Source: Malassezia furfur (Eukaryota). From it: DNA of 20,000 nt. Where the stretch lies: NCBI GenBank assembly GCA_052055015.1, contig JBQJIT010000019.1, one strand, 5' to 3'. The notes below the pieces were generated by a model. It saw only the letters and a list, made by a program, of their open reading frames with translations. It was not told where the DNA came from and searched no databases. Positions 1 through 8,308 of this stretch are shown one piece after another. The position numbers and the translations under genes were made by a program. Numbering within the stretch: the stretch's first letter is position 1; each line of letters starts with the position of its first letter.

Positions 1-1508
1 GCCTCGGCCTCGAGGGAGTCGATCGATTCGTGAAGGTGTTCGGCAAGGATCCGGCGTTTCATGCGGTCCATGGTGGGGTCCATGCGTTTGAGCTCGTCTG
101 CGAGCTCCGAGTAGAGCCGCTTTTGGTGCAGGAACTCGCGGCGGTGCTGCTCGAATACCTGCTCCAGCACGCGCAGCTCGGCGTCCGAAAGGAAAGGCGC
201 CGGCGACTCTTGCAGGCGACGGAGAAGGACCTCGCTCGTGATGTCCGCGGCCTCGCGCGAACGCAAGCCGGCACGGATCCGGTCCTTGCGCGAGCGCCTC
301 AGGTGTGCGTCTGGGCTGGTGGGCAGTCCCATGGCCTCGGCCACGGCACGGCAGACTTGTTCGTAGCGCTCCTGGGTCGAGTGGATGTTGTTCCGCGCAG
401 AGTCTGGAGCGTGCGGTAGGTCTGGGGTGCGCCAGGAGGCGTCGTCGGCGTGCGTGGGCACGGCGCGGCTCGGTTCGAAACGAGTCGGGCCCGCTTGCCA
501 CGGGGAGTGGCTCGGTTTTTCGTACGGCGGCGTGAGTGGCGCGCCCCGGCGGGAGGCAGACGCAGGACCCTGGAGCTGTTCGAGAGTGTGTGAGATGCGC
601 GCAAGCTCCTCGTAGAGCCGTGCGATGGTCGTCGCCATCTCGGGGCCTGTCTCGGCTGCAGGCGATGGACGAGGACTGCGAACGGGTGGGTCAGACCGTG
701 GTGCGCCCTGCAGCGCAGATGCGAGCTGGCGCGCGAGGCGATCCATCGGCTCAGGCACGCACTGGGCCTCGTGCGCGCGGAAGGATGTAGTGAGGTGCGC
801 AAGCTCCTGCTTGTGTGCGTCAACCTCAGCTTCCAGCGCCGAGGTGCGCTGCATCAGCGCCTCGAGCCCCGTCTTGGCCAAAGGTGTCCCCGAGCGGATC
901 TCACTTACTTCGCGCTCCATGTTGCGGATGCACGAGACGAGCGCCTCGAGCTGGTGCTCGGCCCACCGTACGTGTTCGGGGAGGTGCGCCGGGGTTTCCT
1001 CGTTCACCTTGGTCTCGGCGCTGGAGTGCCGGCTGCCCTGGGGGCTGGGCCCGCGTGTATGGGTGCGCGGCGGAGCTGGCGGCTTGGCGGGAACGTCGTC
1101 ATCCGAGGCGTCCTCGACGCGTGCGATGCGCGAAATGTCGAGGTGCTCCTTCGCCTCGCGGCTCAGGCGCGGACGGACGTGATGGTTCAGGCGGCGCCCC
1201 TTGTCGCGCGGCGTCGCGAGGAACACAGTGTGGTTCCCGGTAGACTGTGAGAGCAGGTGTGGAATCTGATCTTCGTCGGACGTCTCAGAGGCCTCCGAGT
1301 CGCTGGTACGGCGCGCGCGCGCGAGGCGACGGGCGTACGCCTTGCGCGTCGTGCTGTGACGCAGGCTGTTTTCGTCGATGAACGAGCTGGTGCGCACACG
1401 TTCCGGTGCATCAAATTGCATGTCGAGCTCGCGTTCGACGTCACGCCTGTGCTGCTCCTCGGCGGACGCCGGGATGGAGAACGAGGCGCCGAGACGCGCC
1501 CACGACAT
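1..1508 (-). CDS. Coiled-coil protein with a C-terminal Cep57 microtubule-binding-like domain (spindle pole body/centrosome); 3'-truncated by the window edge
   Basis: Manual translation of the minus strand gives one open frame from ATG at 1508 (MSWARLGASFSIPASAEEQHRRDVERELDMQF...) to base 1 with no stop, so it is absent from the ORF track. The terminal segment LRVLEQVFEQHRREFLHQKRLYSELADELKRMDPTMDRMKRRILAEHLHESIDSLEAEA resembles the fungal Cep57_MT_bd pattern (recognised from memory, not searched). Confidence 0.7.
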   Translation of the reverse strand, partial: MSWARLGASFSIPASAEEQHRRDVERELDMQFDAPERVRTSSFIDENSLRHSTTRKAYARRLARARRTSDSEASETSDEDQIPHLLSQSTGNHTVFLATPRDKGRRLNHHVRPRLSREAKEHLDISRIARVEDASDDDVPAKPPAPPRTHTRGPSPQGSRHSSAETKVNEETPAHLPEHVRWAEHQLEALVSCIRNMEREVSEIRSGTPLAKTGLEALMQRTSALEAEVDAHKQELAHLTTSFRAHEAQCVPEPMDRLARQLASALQGAPRSDPPVRSPRPSPAAETGPEMATTIARLYEELARISHTLEQLQGPASASRRGAPLTPPYEKPSHSPWQAGPTRFEPSRAVPTHADDASWRTPDLPHAPDSARNNIHSTQERYEQVCRAVAEAMGLPTSPDAHLRRSRKDRIRAGLRSREAADITSEVLLRRLQESPAPFLSDAELRVLEQVFEQHRREFLHQKRLYSELADELKRMDPTMDRMKRRILAEHLHESIDSLEAE

Positions 1509-1586
1509 GGCGGCTCGTGTTTCTCTCCGGCGCGTCGGCCGCGTTGGGCACGTGACATACGCACGGACGGGTTGGCCTCTTGCATC
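1509..1586. promoter_or_regulatory. 78-bp bidirectional promoter region with CACGTGAC (Cbf1-type E-box) at 1549-1556
   Basis: Divergent ATGs at 1508 (-) and 1587 (+); the motif sits in the middle of the spacer. Confidence 0.6.
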
Positions 1587-3164
1587 ATGAAACCAAGCGT
1601 GGGGTTCGTGCACCCCGACCTGGGGATCGGCGGCGCAGAGCGGTTTGTCGTGGATGCCGCCGTGCGTTTGAAGGAACTTGGACATGAAGTGCGCATCTTC
1701 ACCTCGCATTACGACGCGTCCCACGCATTCGAGCCCACGTTCGACGGCACGCTCTCGGTCGTGCACGCGGAAACGCGCGTGCCCCGCTCCATCTTTGCGC
1801 GGCTGCACCTGCCGATGGCAATTCTGCAGCAGCTTTCGCTGGTTTGGCAGCTTTGCTGGGCCACGCACGGTGCGCAGCTCGCGCAGCGTGCGCCCCTGCT
1901 CTACGCGATGCTGACGAGTCTGCCGCCCTCGGCACTGCCCGACGTGTTCGTGGTCGACCAGCTGCCCGTGGCGATCCCGCTGCTCAAGCTGCTGTGTGCG
2001 CGGCGCGTCCTGTACTACTGCCACTTTCCAGACAAGGAAATTAGTGCGTCACTCGCGGCACAACGCAAGGCGACGGGCTGGCTGCGCTCGCTGTACCGCC
2101 TGCCGCTCAACGCACTCGAGGAGGTCACGACGGCATTTGCCGATCGTACCGTGGCCAATTCACGTTTCACCGCATTGCATTTCCGACGCGCATTCCCTCG
2201 CATCCAGTACACACCCCATGTGATTTATCCGGGTGTGGACGAACAGGCCTACCAGTCCGCGCAAGTGTCGCGTGCGTTACTGGCATACGAGGCGAAGCAC
2301 ACGAGCAGCATCGACAAGCAAATGTTTGACGCGGTGAGCGCCGTGCTCTCGGTCAATGACCGCCCGACGTTTGTCTCGGTGAACCGCTTTGAGGCGAAAA
2401 AGAACATTGCGCTCGCGCTCGAGACGGTCGCGCGGCTGCGCTCCGTGTCGCAGAGCAATCTGCCGCGCCTGCTCGTTGCGGGTGGCTACGACCAGCGTGT
2501 GCACGACAATGTCGAGACGCTCGCTGCGCTACGCGCACAGGCGACGCGCCTCGGTATGCCACACGTCACGCTGTGGTGTGCACCGCCCGCCTATGAGCCC
2601 CCGCAGTCGCCGCCGCCGCTCGAAGCGGTGCAGAAGGCGGCAGTGGTCTTCTTCCCGTCGCTGCCTAGCCCGTTGCTGCACACACTATTGCTGAACAAGT
2701 CGGTGTGCGCGTTGCTGTACACACCGAAAAACGAACATTTTGGGATCGTGCCGCTCGAGGCGATGGCCTGCGGCGTGCCGGTGATTGCGACCAACACGGG
2801 CGGGCCCCTCGAGACCGTGGTGGACGCCGACGTGGATGCTCGTGGCCTACCACAGGCTTCCGACGCCACGGGGCTGCTGCGCGCGCCCGAGCCGCGTGCA
2901 TGGGCACACGCTTGCGCGCTTGTGCTCGACTGGGACGACGCGACGCTCGAGCGCATCGCAACCAACGCCAAGCGGCGTGTCGCGCTACTCTTTTCGGTGC
3001 GCACGATGGGCGAGCGCCTCGACACGGACACGACGCGCCTCGCGGCCTTACCGCCGGTGACGCTCGTCGAGCGCGCCGAGGCTCTGGCGCTGATCGCAGC
3101 GCTGCTGGTGCTCGTGGGCACGGCACTGGCGTATGCCATAGGCTTTGTGGTACATCGGCTGTAA
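1587..3164 (+). CDS. ALG2: Alpha-1,3/1,6-mannosyltransferase Alg2 (GT4 family), 525 aa
   Basis: The true start is ATG 1587: MKPSVGFVHPDLGIGGAERFVVDAA. Further motifs are YYCHFPDK, SVNRFEAKKNIALAL, AGGYD and LYTPKNEHFGIVPLEAMACGVPVIATNTGGPLETV, followed by a C-terminal hydrophobic helix. The ORF-track extension to 1257 is antisense to the neighbouring gene. Confidence 0.95.
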   Translation: MKPSVGFVHPDLGIGGAERFVVDAAVRLKELGHEVRIFTSHYDASHAFEPTFDGTLSVVHAETRVPRSIFARLHLPMAILQQLSLVWQLCWATHGAQLAQRAPLLYAMLTSLPPSALPDVFVVDQLPVAIPLLKLLCARRVLYYCHFPDKEISASLAAQRKATGWLRSLYRLPLNALEEVTTAFADRTVANSRFTALHFRRAFPRIQYTPHVIYPGVDEQAYQSAQVSRALLAYEAKHTSSIDKQMFDAVSAVLSVNDRPTFVSVNRFEAKKNIALALETVARLRSVSQSNLPRLLVAGGYDQRVHDNVETLAALRAQATRLGMPHVTLWCAPPAYEPPQSPPPLEAVQKAAVVFFPSLPSPLLHTLLLNKSVCALLYTPKNEHFGIVPLEAMACGVPVIATNTGGPLETVVDADVDARGLPQASDATGLLRAPEPRAWAHACALVLDWDDATLERIATNAKRRVALLFSVRTMGERLDTDTTRLAALPPVTLVERAEALALIAALLVLVGTALAYAIGFVVHRL

Positions 3165-3166
3165 GT

Positions 3167-4762
3167 CTACATCTCGGTCCACCCGTCGCCCGTCTGGCGC
3201 TCACCCGTAATGAGCGTCAGGACAAACACGAGGAGGTTGGCGGTGAAGCCCATGCCAAAGCCGCGGAACAGGTTACGCAGGCCGCCCACGGAGCTGTACC
3301 CGCGCGCCACGAGCGACTGCACACTCAGCCCGCTCTGCGCGGGACGCAGCTGCGGGTCAATCGAGGTCTCCTCGGAGACAATCCGGTACATGCACTCCAG
3401 TACACCCGTGTACGGCGCCGGGCGCGTCTCGACGCACGTCCGCAGCCCCACGCGCGCCGTGTTAGCGCTGCGCACACGCCCGAAGCCGGCGGAACGCGCG
3501 CTGTGCAGTGGCGGGTGGTACTGCAGCTGAAGGCGGCGGCGCACCGTCTCAATCGGCAGCGTGATGCACAGCGACAGCGTCGAGAGCAGCAGCTCACCGA
3601 GTGCATACGACACTGGCACCGCACTCGGGTCGAGGTGGAAAGTGTTCTCGAGCAGCAGCGGCGCACCCAAGGTCATCACCGAACGGAACAGGTAGTCGAG
3701 CACCGTGGGCACGAACAGCAGCGGTGTGAAGTAGGTCGTGCGCCAGCCGCCCTCCTCGCGGAAGATGGTGCGCAGCGCATCGAGCGGGCCGGCGTACTTG
3801 CGGTGCGACGGCAACGTCGACTGCGCCACCAGACGCGTGCGCACCAGATCCAGCGGCGACACCACCGCGCCCGTCACCACGTGCGACAGCGTGAGCAGAC
3901 CGAGCGTCGTGAGCGGCTGCGGCGAAAAGGCAATCGGCATGGCGTTCAGTGCACCCGGCGCAAACAGCGACAGGAAGCCCGTGACAATCGACTGGATTGC
4001 ATTCGTCGACACGTCCAGCACAAACGTGGTCAGCGTGCCCTTCCACAGACCCATCCACCCCTCCTTGCTGCGTGCCACCGCCTTGATCATCTCCCATACG
4101 CCGCCCCGCGCGACGATCGGCATGACAAACTCGGGCCGCGCATCCTCGTCGTAGAGGCTATGGCGTACCACGTACCCACTCCCGTCCGTTCCGTGCGGCC
4201 GGCTGGCACTCTCGCGGCGCTCCAGCGGCGGCGCCGACACGTTGCGGAAGTAGCGCTCGGGGTCCGCATCGTCTTCTTCCTCCTCGGCCTCGCTCTTCTC
4301 CTGCCACGCGGAACGCCCGGACCACGGATCCTCCGTGTCGATGTCGTCCGAAGCCATGGGTGTTGCCTTGCTCTTCTGCGGCGCATTCATCCGGTCCCAC
4401 GCTTGCTCGTTTGGCACCCACTGCACTTGCAGCAGCAGCTTACCGACCTCGAACGGCATTGCCAGGAAATTGCTCGTAAACTGCAGTGCAGCACTCATTG
4501 CGATGCCTTTAACCACCGCCCCAGGCGACAGGCGCTCGGCACCGCCCAGCTCCGCGAGGTCCGCCTCGGATGTCATGTACCGGTTCGTCGCCCCGGACGG
4601 CAGCGCAATCATCGGCGTGCTGTTGGCGCCACGCACGGGCGCCGACGCAGCCTCACCACCCGGAGGGTGCACAGAATTCAGCATAGGAGCAGTCGCAACG
4701 AACGACATTTCGTCGCGCGGCTTGTAATACGGCCGCAGCCGGTGCGCATCCGCGGAGTCCAT
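3167..4762 (-). CDS. UGO1: Mitochondrial fusion and transport protein Ugo1 (mitochondrial carrier-like), about 531 aa
   Basis: The first ATG is at 4762 (MDSADAHRLRPYY). The sequence has an N-terminal LRPYY motif, carrier signatures PFEVGKLLLQVQ, SPLDLVRTRL and LPIETVRRRLQLQ, EGWMGLWKG, and an acidic insertion. No intron is needed. Confidence 0.85.
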   Translation of the reverse strand: MDSADAHRLRPYYKPRDEMSFVATAPMLNSVHPPGGEAASAPVRGANSTPMIALPSGATNRYMTSEADLAELGGAERLSPGAVVKGIAMSAALQFTSNFLAMPFEVGKLLLQVQWVPNEQAWDRMNAPQKSKATPMASDDIDTEDPWSGRSAWQEKSEAEEEEDDADPERYFRNVSAPPLERRESASRPHGTDGSGYVVRHSLYDEDARPEFVMPIVARGGVWEMIKAVARSKEGWMGLWKGTLTTFVLDVSTNAIQSIVTGFLSLFAPGALNAMPIAFSPQPLTTLGLLTLSHVVTGAVVSPLDLVRTRLVAQSTLPSHRKYAGPLDALRTIFREEGGWRTTYFTPLLFVPTVLDYLFRSVMTLGAPLLLENTFHLDPSAVPVSYALGELLLSTLSLCITLPIETVRRRLQLQYHPPLHSARSAGFGRVRSANTARVGLRTCVETRPAPYTGVLECMYRIVSEETSIDPQLRPAQSGLSVQSLVARGYSSVGGLRNLFRGFGMGFTANLLVFVLTLITGERQTGDGWTEM

Positions 4763-4950
4763 CGCCTTGGGAGACAAGCCACGCGACGTATTCGTCTATG
4801 GACCTAATAGGGTATATGGGTGTTGGCGGCACAAGTCGTCGTCGCAACCTCTGCACCTCCGTGCGTACGGCGGCGCGCAGCCGAACGTGCGGCGAAAGCC
4901 CTTGCGGTGGTATGCTAGATGCGATGCACCAAGGAGTTGCAGCGCAGGGA

Positions 4951-5148
4951 TCACCGCCGGCCGAACACATCGCCCTCCGAGTGGTCAGCTCGCGTCACGG
5001 TTGGCGCGCTTGGCGTGTGTGCGCTTGGTGCGCGTGCATCATGGTTGGATTTTTTGACGCTTTTCGCCTTGTTCTCTTCCATATTCCGGCGCATGTCTTC
5101 CACGTCTTGCTTCGTGAGCCCCAGCGCGGTGGGCGGACGGCGGATCAT
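4951..5148 (-). CDS. CDC26: Anaphase-promoting complex small subunit Cdc26-like, 65 aa
   Basis: ATG 5148 gives MIRRPPTALGLTKQDVEDMRRNMEENKAK..., matching the N-terminal M(L/I)RRxPTxLxLxxxD signature of Cdc26/Hcn1/APC12, followed by a low-complexity tail. It fills the gap between UGO1 and NCL1. Confidence 0.8.
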   Translation of the reverse strand: MIRRPPTALGLTKQDVEDMRRNMEENKAKSVKKSNHDARAPSAHTPSAPTVTRADHSEGDVFGRR

Positions 5149-5210
5149 GGTCGGCGGCCCCAACGCGTACGTCACGTGGAGGTGAAATTTTGTGCTCATT
5201 CTCAACCAGC
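5149..5210. promoter_or_regulatory. 62-bp bidirectional promoter region with GTCACGTG (5171-5178), ACGCGT (5163-5168) and an RRPE-like TGAAATTTT (5183-5191)
   Basis: Divergent ATGs of the CDC26-like gene (5148) and NCL1 (5211). The motifs are read directly; their function is inferred. Confidence 0.55.
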
Positions 5211-7883
5211 ATGGCCCGAGGCAGAGGCAAGCATCGTGGACGTGGCCGTGGCGGTCGCCAGGGTGGCGGTCGCAGCGAGGGAGAGCGCCACGGCGCGTAC
5301 TCGATTATCGACCAAAAGAACCCCAAGTTTGAGGCGTACTACCTGGGCCAGGAGATTCTGCCACGCGAGGAATGGGACGCCTTCCTGGAGGCGATGCGCA
5401 CGGCGCTTCCCACTACCTTCCGCATCACCTCGGGCAAGCCAACTTCGCGCCAGCTTCTGGATGCGATGCACGACATCTACCTGCCATTCTTGAGCAACGT
5501 CGAGTTTGAGGGCGAAAAAGTCGCCCCGCCGCGCCAGCTCGAATGGTACCCCGAGGGCCTTGGTTGGCACCTAGACGTGCGCAAGAACGTGCTGCGCAAG
5601 TCGCCCGAGTTCAAGCGGTTCCAGCAGTTCCTTGTGCACGAGACGGACGTCGGCTCCATCTCACGTCAAGAGGCCGTGTCGATGCTGCCGCCGCTCTTCT
5701 TGGACGTGCGCCCGGAGCACTTGGTGCTCGACATGTGCGCCGCTCCGGGCTCCAAGACGGCGCAGCTGATCGAGGCGATCCACTCCCCGGTGACATCAAA
5801 GCCTGATGCATTTGACCCGCTGCCGCTCGGCGTGGTGGTCGCCAACGACTCGGACACGAAGCGGGCCCATATGCTCGTGCACCAAGCACAGCGCCTCCCG
5901 TCGCCCAATCTATGTGTGACCAACGTGGACGCAAGCAGCTACCCCAACGTGAACGTCGCGTGGAAGGGCCCTAACGCGTCCGACAAGGTGGTCCAACGCG
6001 AGCTCAAGTACGACCGGATTCTTGCTGATGTGCCGTGCTCGGGCGATGGTACGCTCCGCAAGAACATTGCTATCTGGAAGGACTGGACTACCGGAAATGG
6101 TGTGGGTCTTCATGCGTTGCAGACGCGCATCCTGATCCGCGGCCTACAGCTCCTGCGTCCCGGCGGCCGCTTGGTGTACTCGACCTGCTCACTTAACCCG
6201 GTCGAGAATGAGGCGGTGGTGGGCGCCGCGCTGCGTCATTTCAAGGGTGACGTCGAGCTCGTCGACTGCTCCGATCTTCTCCCTGCGCTCAAGCGCCGGC
6301 CCGGTATGACCTCGTGGAAGGTCGCCCCCGGCCGTGGTGCGCATCTCTTCCCCAAGCAGGAGGGCGAGGCTGCGCCCACCGAAAAGCCCACTGAAGAGAG
6401 TGTACAGGATGAGGCGGCCGAGGTGGCGCCCGCAGACGCCCAGGCTGATGCCGCTGCGCCCCCGAAGCTGCCGCGCATTCCGTGGGTCGAGTCGTGGGAC
6501 GTGCTGCAGACGCTCGATGCCGACCTGGCTGCCCGCCTGCCGCGCAGCCTCTGGCCGCAAGGTGACGAGGCAGCGCTGCAGCTGGAGCGCTGCGTGCGTG
6601 TCTACCCTCACATGCAAAATACGGGCGGGTTCTTTGTGGCATGCCTCGTAAAGAAGGAGACCACCCCTGAGGACTCGGAGTCGCTTGCGGAGGGCATGGT
6701 GCGTGCCATGCAGGCGCTGGACCAGGAGCGCAGCAAGGAGACCGTCGTGGCCGAGGCCACGGCGGAATCCGGTGCGAAACGCGGTATCGAGGAGCCGAGT
6801 ACGGGTACGGACGAAGAGCCGGCCGCAAAGCGGGCGCGCTCGGACGGCTCGGAGGCGACAAGCGGCCCTGCTGAGGCGGACAAAACATCCGACGAGACGC
6901 CTGCCGCCATCGATGCTGCGCTGCCTGCTGCGGATAAGCACGAAGAAGATCGCAAGACGGCACAGAAGAAGCGCACGCAGCCAGAAGGAGTGGCGATTGG
7001 GCCTGGCGGAATGCCGTACCGCGAAGATCCGTTCGCCTACGTCAATCCCCAGAACGCTGAAGTGCAGTCGTGCGTGGAGTGGTTTGGCCTGCACGACTTC
7101 CCGGTGGGCAACTTGCTCGTGCGCAACGCGGAGCAGGTGCCGCTGCGCAGCATCTACCTCACATCGAGCTCGGTGCGTGCCATTGTGGCCGGCGGCGGAG
7201 TGGGCGTGGGTGTGCACCCGACAATGAACCCGATTCGCCTGCGTCTGCTCAACTGTGGTGTCAAGGTCTTCGGACGCCAGGAGTCAGTGAGCAAGGCGAA
7301 CCAGGCTGCGTTGCAGGCGGGCAACGCCGACGCGGATGCGCGCCGCGAGAGTTTGTCGACGTCGCTGACGTGCCGCTGGCGTGTTGTGTCCGACTCGCTG
7401 CATTCCATGCGCCCGTTTCTGAGCGACAAGGTGGTGATCCGTGCGTCACTGTCGGATCTGGCGTTCTTTATCAAGAACTATTACCCTGTGCTCGATAGCG
7501 TTCCGGGCGAAGTCGGTGCGCGTGTGCGCGAGTCAGCGATGGGAAGCTACGTGCTGGACATTGAGCCCAGCGAATACGAAAACCACAAGCTGACGGTGCC
7601 GCTGAGCTACCCAATCTGGCGCTCGATCGCCTCGGTGAACCTTATGCTGGACAAACAAGAGAAGAGCGCCCTCTCGTTCCGCTTGTTTGATACGGACCTG
7701 TCGGACCCGGAAGGACAGCGACAATTCTCGGCGAACCCGCGGAACCGCAACAACAAGAAGAACGCGGCCGAGCAGGTGGCAGGGGACAGTGCTGTGCTTA
7801 ATAACGAAGGCACAGACACCACCACCGAGCCCACCGAGCCGATGGAGGCCTCCGAGCCTGCAGAACCGGCCGCAGAGTCATAA
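5211..7883 (+). CDS. NCL1: tRNA (cytosine-5)-methyltransferase Ncl1/Trm4 (NSUN2 family), 890 aa
   Basis: ATG 5211 (MARGRGKHRG). Motifs include ISRQEAVSMLPP, VLDMCAAPGSKTAQL, DRILADVPCSGDGTLRKN, VYSTCSLNPVENEAVV (both catalytic Cys present) and RVYPHMQNTGGFFVA. Confidence 0.95.
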   Translation: MARGRGKHRGRGRGGRQGGGRSEGERHGAYSIIDQKNPKFEAYYLGQEILPREEWDAFLEAMRTALPTTFRITSGKPTSRQLLDAMHDIYLPFLSNVEFEGEKVAPPRQLEWYPEGLGWHLDVRKNVLRKSPEFKRFQQFLVHETDVGSISRQEAVSMLPPLFLDVRPEHLVLDMCAAPGSKTAQLIEAIHSPVTSKPDAFDPLPLGVVVANDSDTKRAHMLVHQAQRLPSPNLCVTNVDASSYPNVNVAWKGPNASDKVVQRELKYDRILADVPCSGDGTLRKNIAIWKDWTTGNGVGLHALQTRILIRGLQLLRPGGRLVYSTCSLNPVENEAVVGAALRHFKGDVELVDCSDLLPALKRRPGMTSWKVAPGRGAHLFPKQEGEAAPTEKPTEESVQDEAAEVAPADAQADAAAPPKLPRIPWVESWDVLQTLDADLAARLPRSLWPQGDEAALQLERCVRVYPHMQNTGGFFVACLVKKETTPEDSESLAEGMVRAMQALDQERSKETVVAEATAESGAKRGIEEPSTGTDEEPAAKRARSDGSEATSGPAEADKTSDETPAAIDAALPAADKHEEDRKTAQKKRTQPEGVAIGPGGMPYREDPFAYVNPQNAEVQSCVEWFGLHDFPVGNLLVRNAEQVPLRSIYLTSSSVRAIVAGGGVGVGVHPTMNPIRLRLLNCGVKVFGRQESVSKANQAALQAGNADADARRESLSTSLTCRWRVVSDSLHSMRPFLSDKVVIRASLSDLAFFIKNYYPVLDSVPGEVGARVRESAMGSYVLDIEPSEYENHKLTVPLSYPIWRSIASVNLMLDKQEKSALSFRLFDTDLSDPEGQRQFSANPRNRNNKKNAAEQVAGDSAVLNNEGTDTTTEPTEPMEASEPAEPAAES

Positions 7884-7966
7884 CTTTGATGATAGTCGTA
7901 CTATGCTTATTCTAACCCATGGTATGCGGGACATTGATCCATTCGGACATGCCAATGGCACGACCC

Positions 7967-7999
7967 CAAAAAAAAAACCGAGAAAGCGAAAACAAAAAT
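7967..7999 (-). terminator. RNA polymerase III oligo-T terminator of the tRNA-Gly gene
   Basis: On the minus strand the tRNA 3' end is followed immediately by T5, T4 and a long T run (A runs on the + strand, 7967-7998). Confidence 0.75.
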
Positions 8000-8000
8000 A

Positions 8001-8082
8001 TGCGCCAAGGGGGAATCGAACCCCCGGCACAGCTACATCTTTGCGATGGCAAAGCTGTATTTTACCACTAAACCATTGGCGC
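8001..8082 (-). tRNA. tRNA-Gly (anticodon GCC) with an 11-nt intron at 8036-8046
   Basis: Minus strand: acceptor stem GCGCCAA/TTGGCGC, D arm TGGTTTAGTGGTAAAAT, anticodon stem CAGCT/AGCTG with loop TT-GCC-A^T, intron TCGCAAAGATG after position 37, T arm GGGGG-TTCGATT-CCCCC, discriminator A. Mature length is 71 nt. Confidence 0.96.
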
Positions 8083-8308
8083 TTGTTGTTGAAGGCAAAG
8101 CATCTTTGTTCCTCTATAACCGGCCAAGACGGCCACGATGCACAAAAAAAAATTAGAATCGTACAGACATGACTATCGATCGGCGTCACGTTCTTTTTGT
8201 GAGCCAGTCCCATGCACGGCCAAACATGCGTGCAATGTTGCCTAATGACGAGCTCGGTGTCAACCAGGTCCAACAACTTGTGACCACCCGTATCCCGGGC
8301 GGTCCAAA

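Noticed and set aside
870..908. Perfect GTAAGT donor-like hexamer on the minus strand inside the first gene
   Set aside because: No convincing branch site and AG at the 21-36 nt spacing seen in the other introns, and the frame is open without splicing.
1257..1586. 110-aa N-terminal extension of ALG2 in the ORF track
   Set aside because: It starts at GTG, overlaps the minus-strand gene, and Alg2 homology begins at ATG 1587.
2705..4807. 700-aa + strand ORF, and other long overlapping ORFs such as 6189-7217, 8169-9134, 16602-17447 and 18501-19382
   Set aside because: They are antisense or frame-shifted shadows of real GC-rich genes, with Arg/Ala/His-rich composition and no recognisable motifs.
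7884..7966. TGATGA (box C-like) just after the NCL1 stop, suggesting a C/D snoRNA
   Set aside because: No downstream CTGA box D or terminal stem; it is most simply the NCL1 3' UTR.
7878..8276. 132-aa and 161-aa ORFs crossing the tRNA region
   Set aside because: They are translations of the tRNA gene and poly-A/T tracts and have no coding character.
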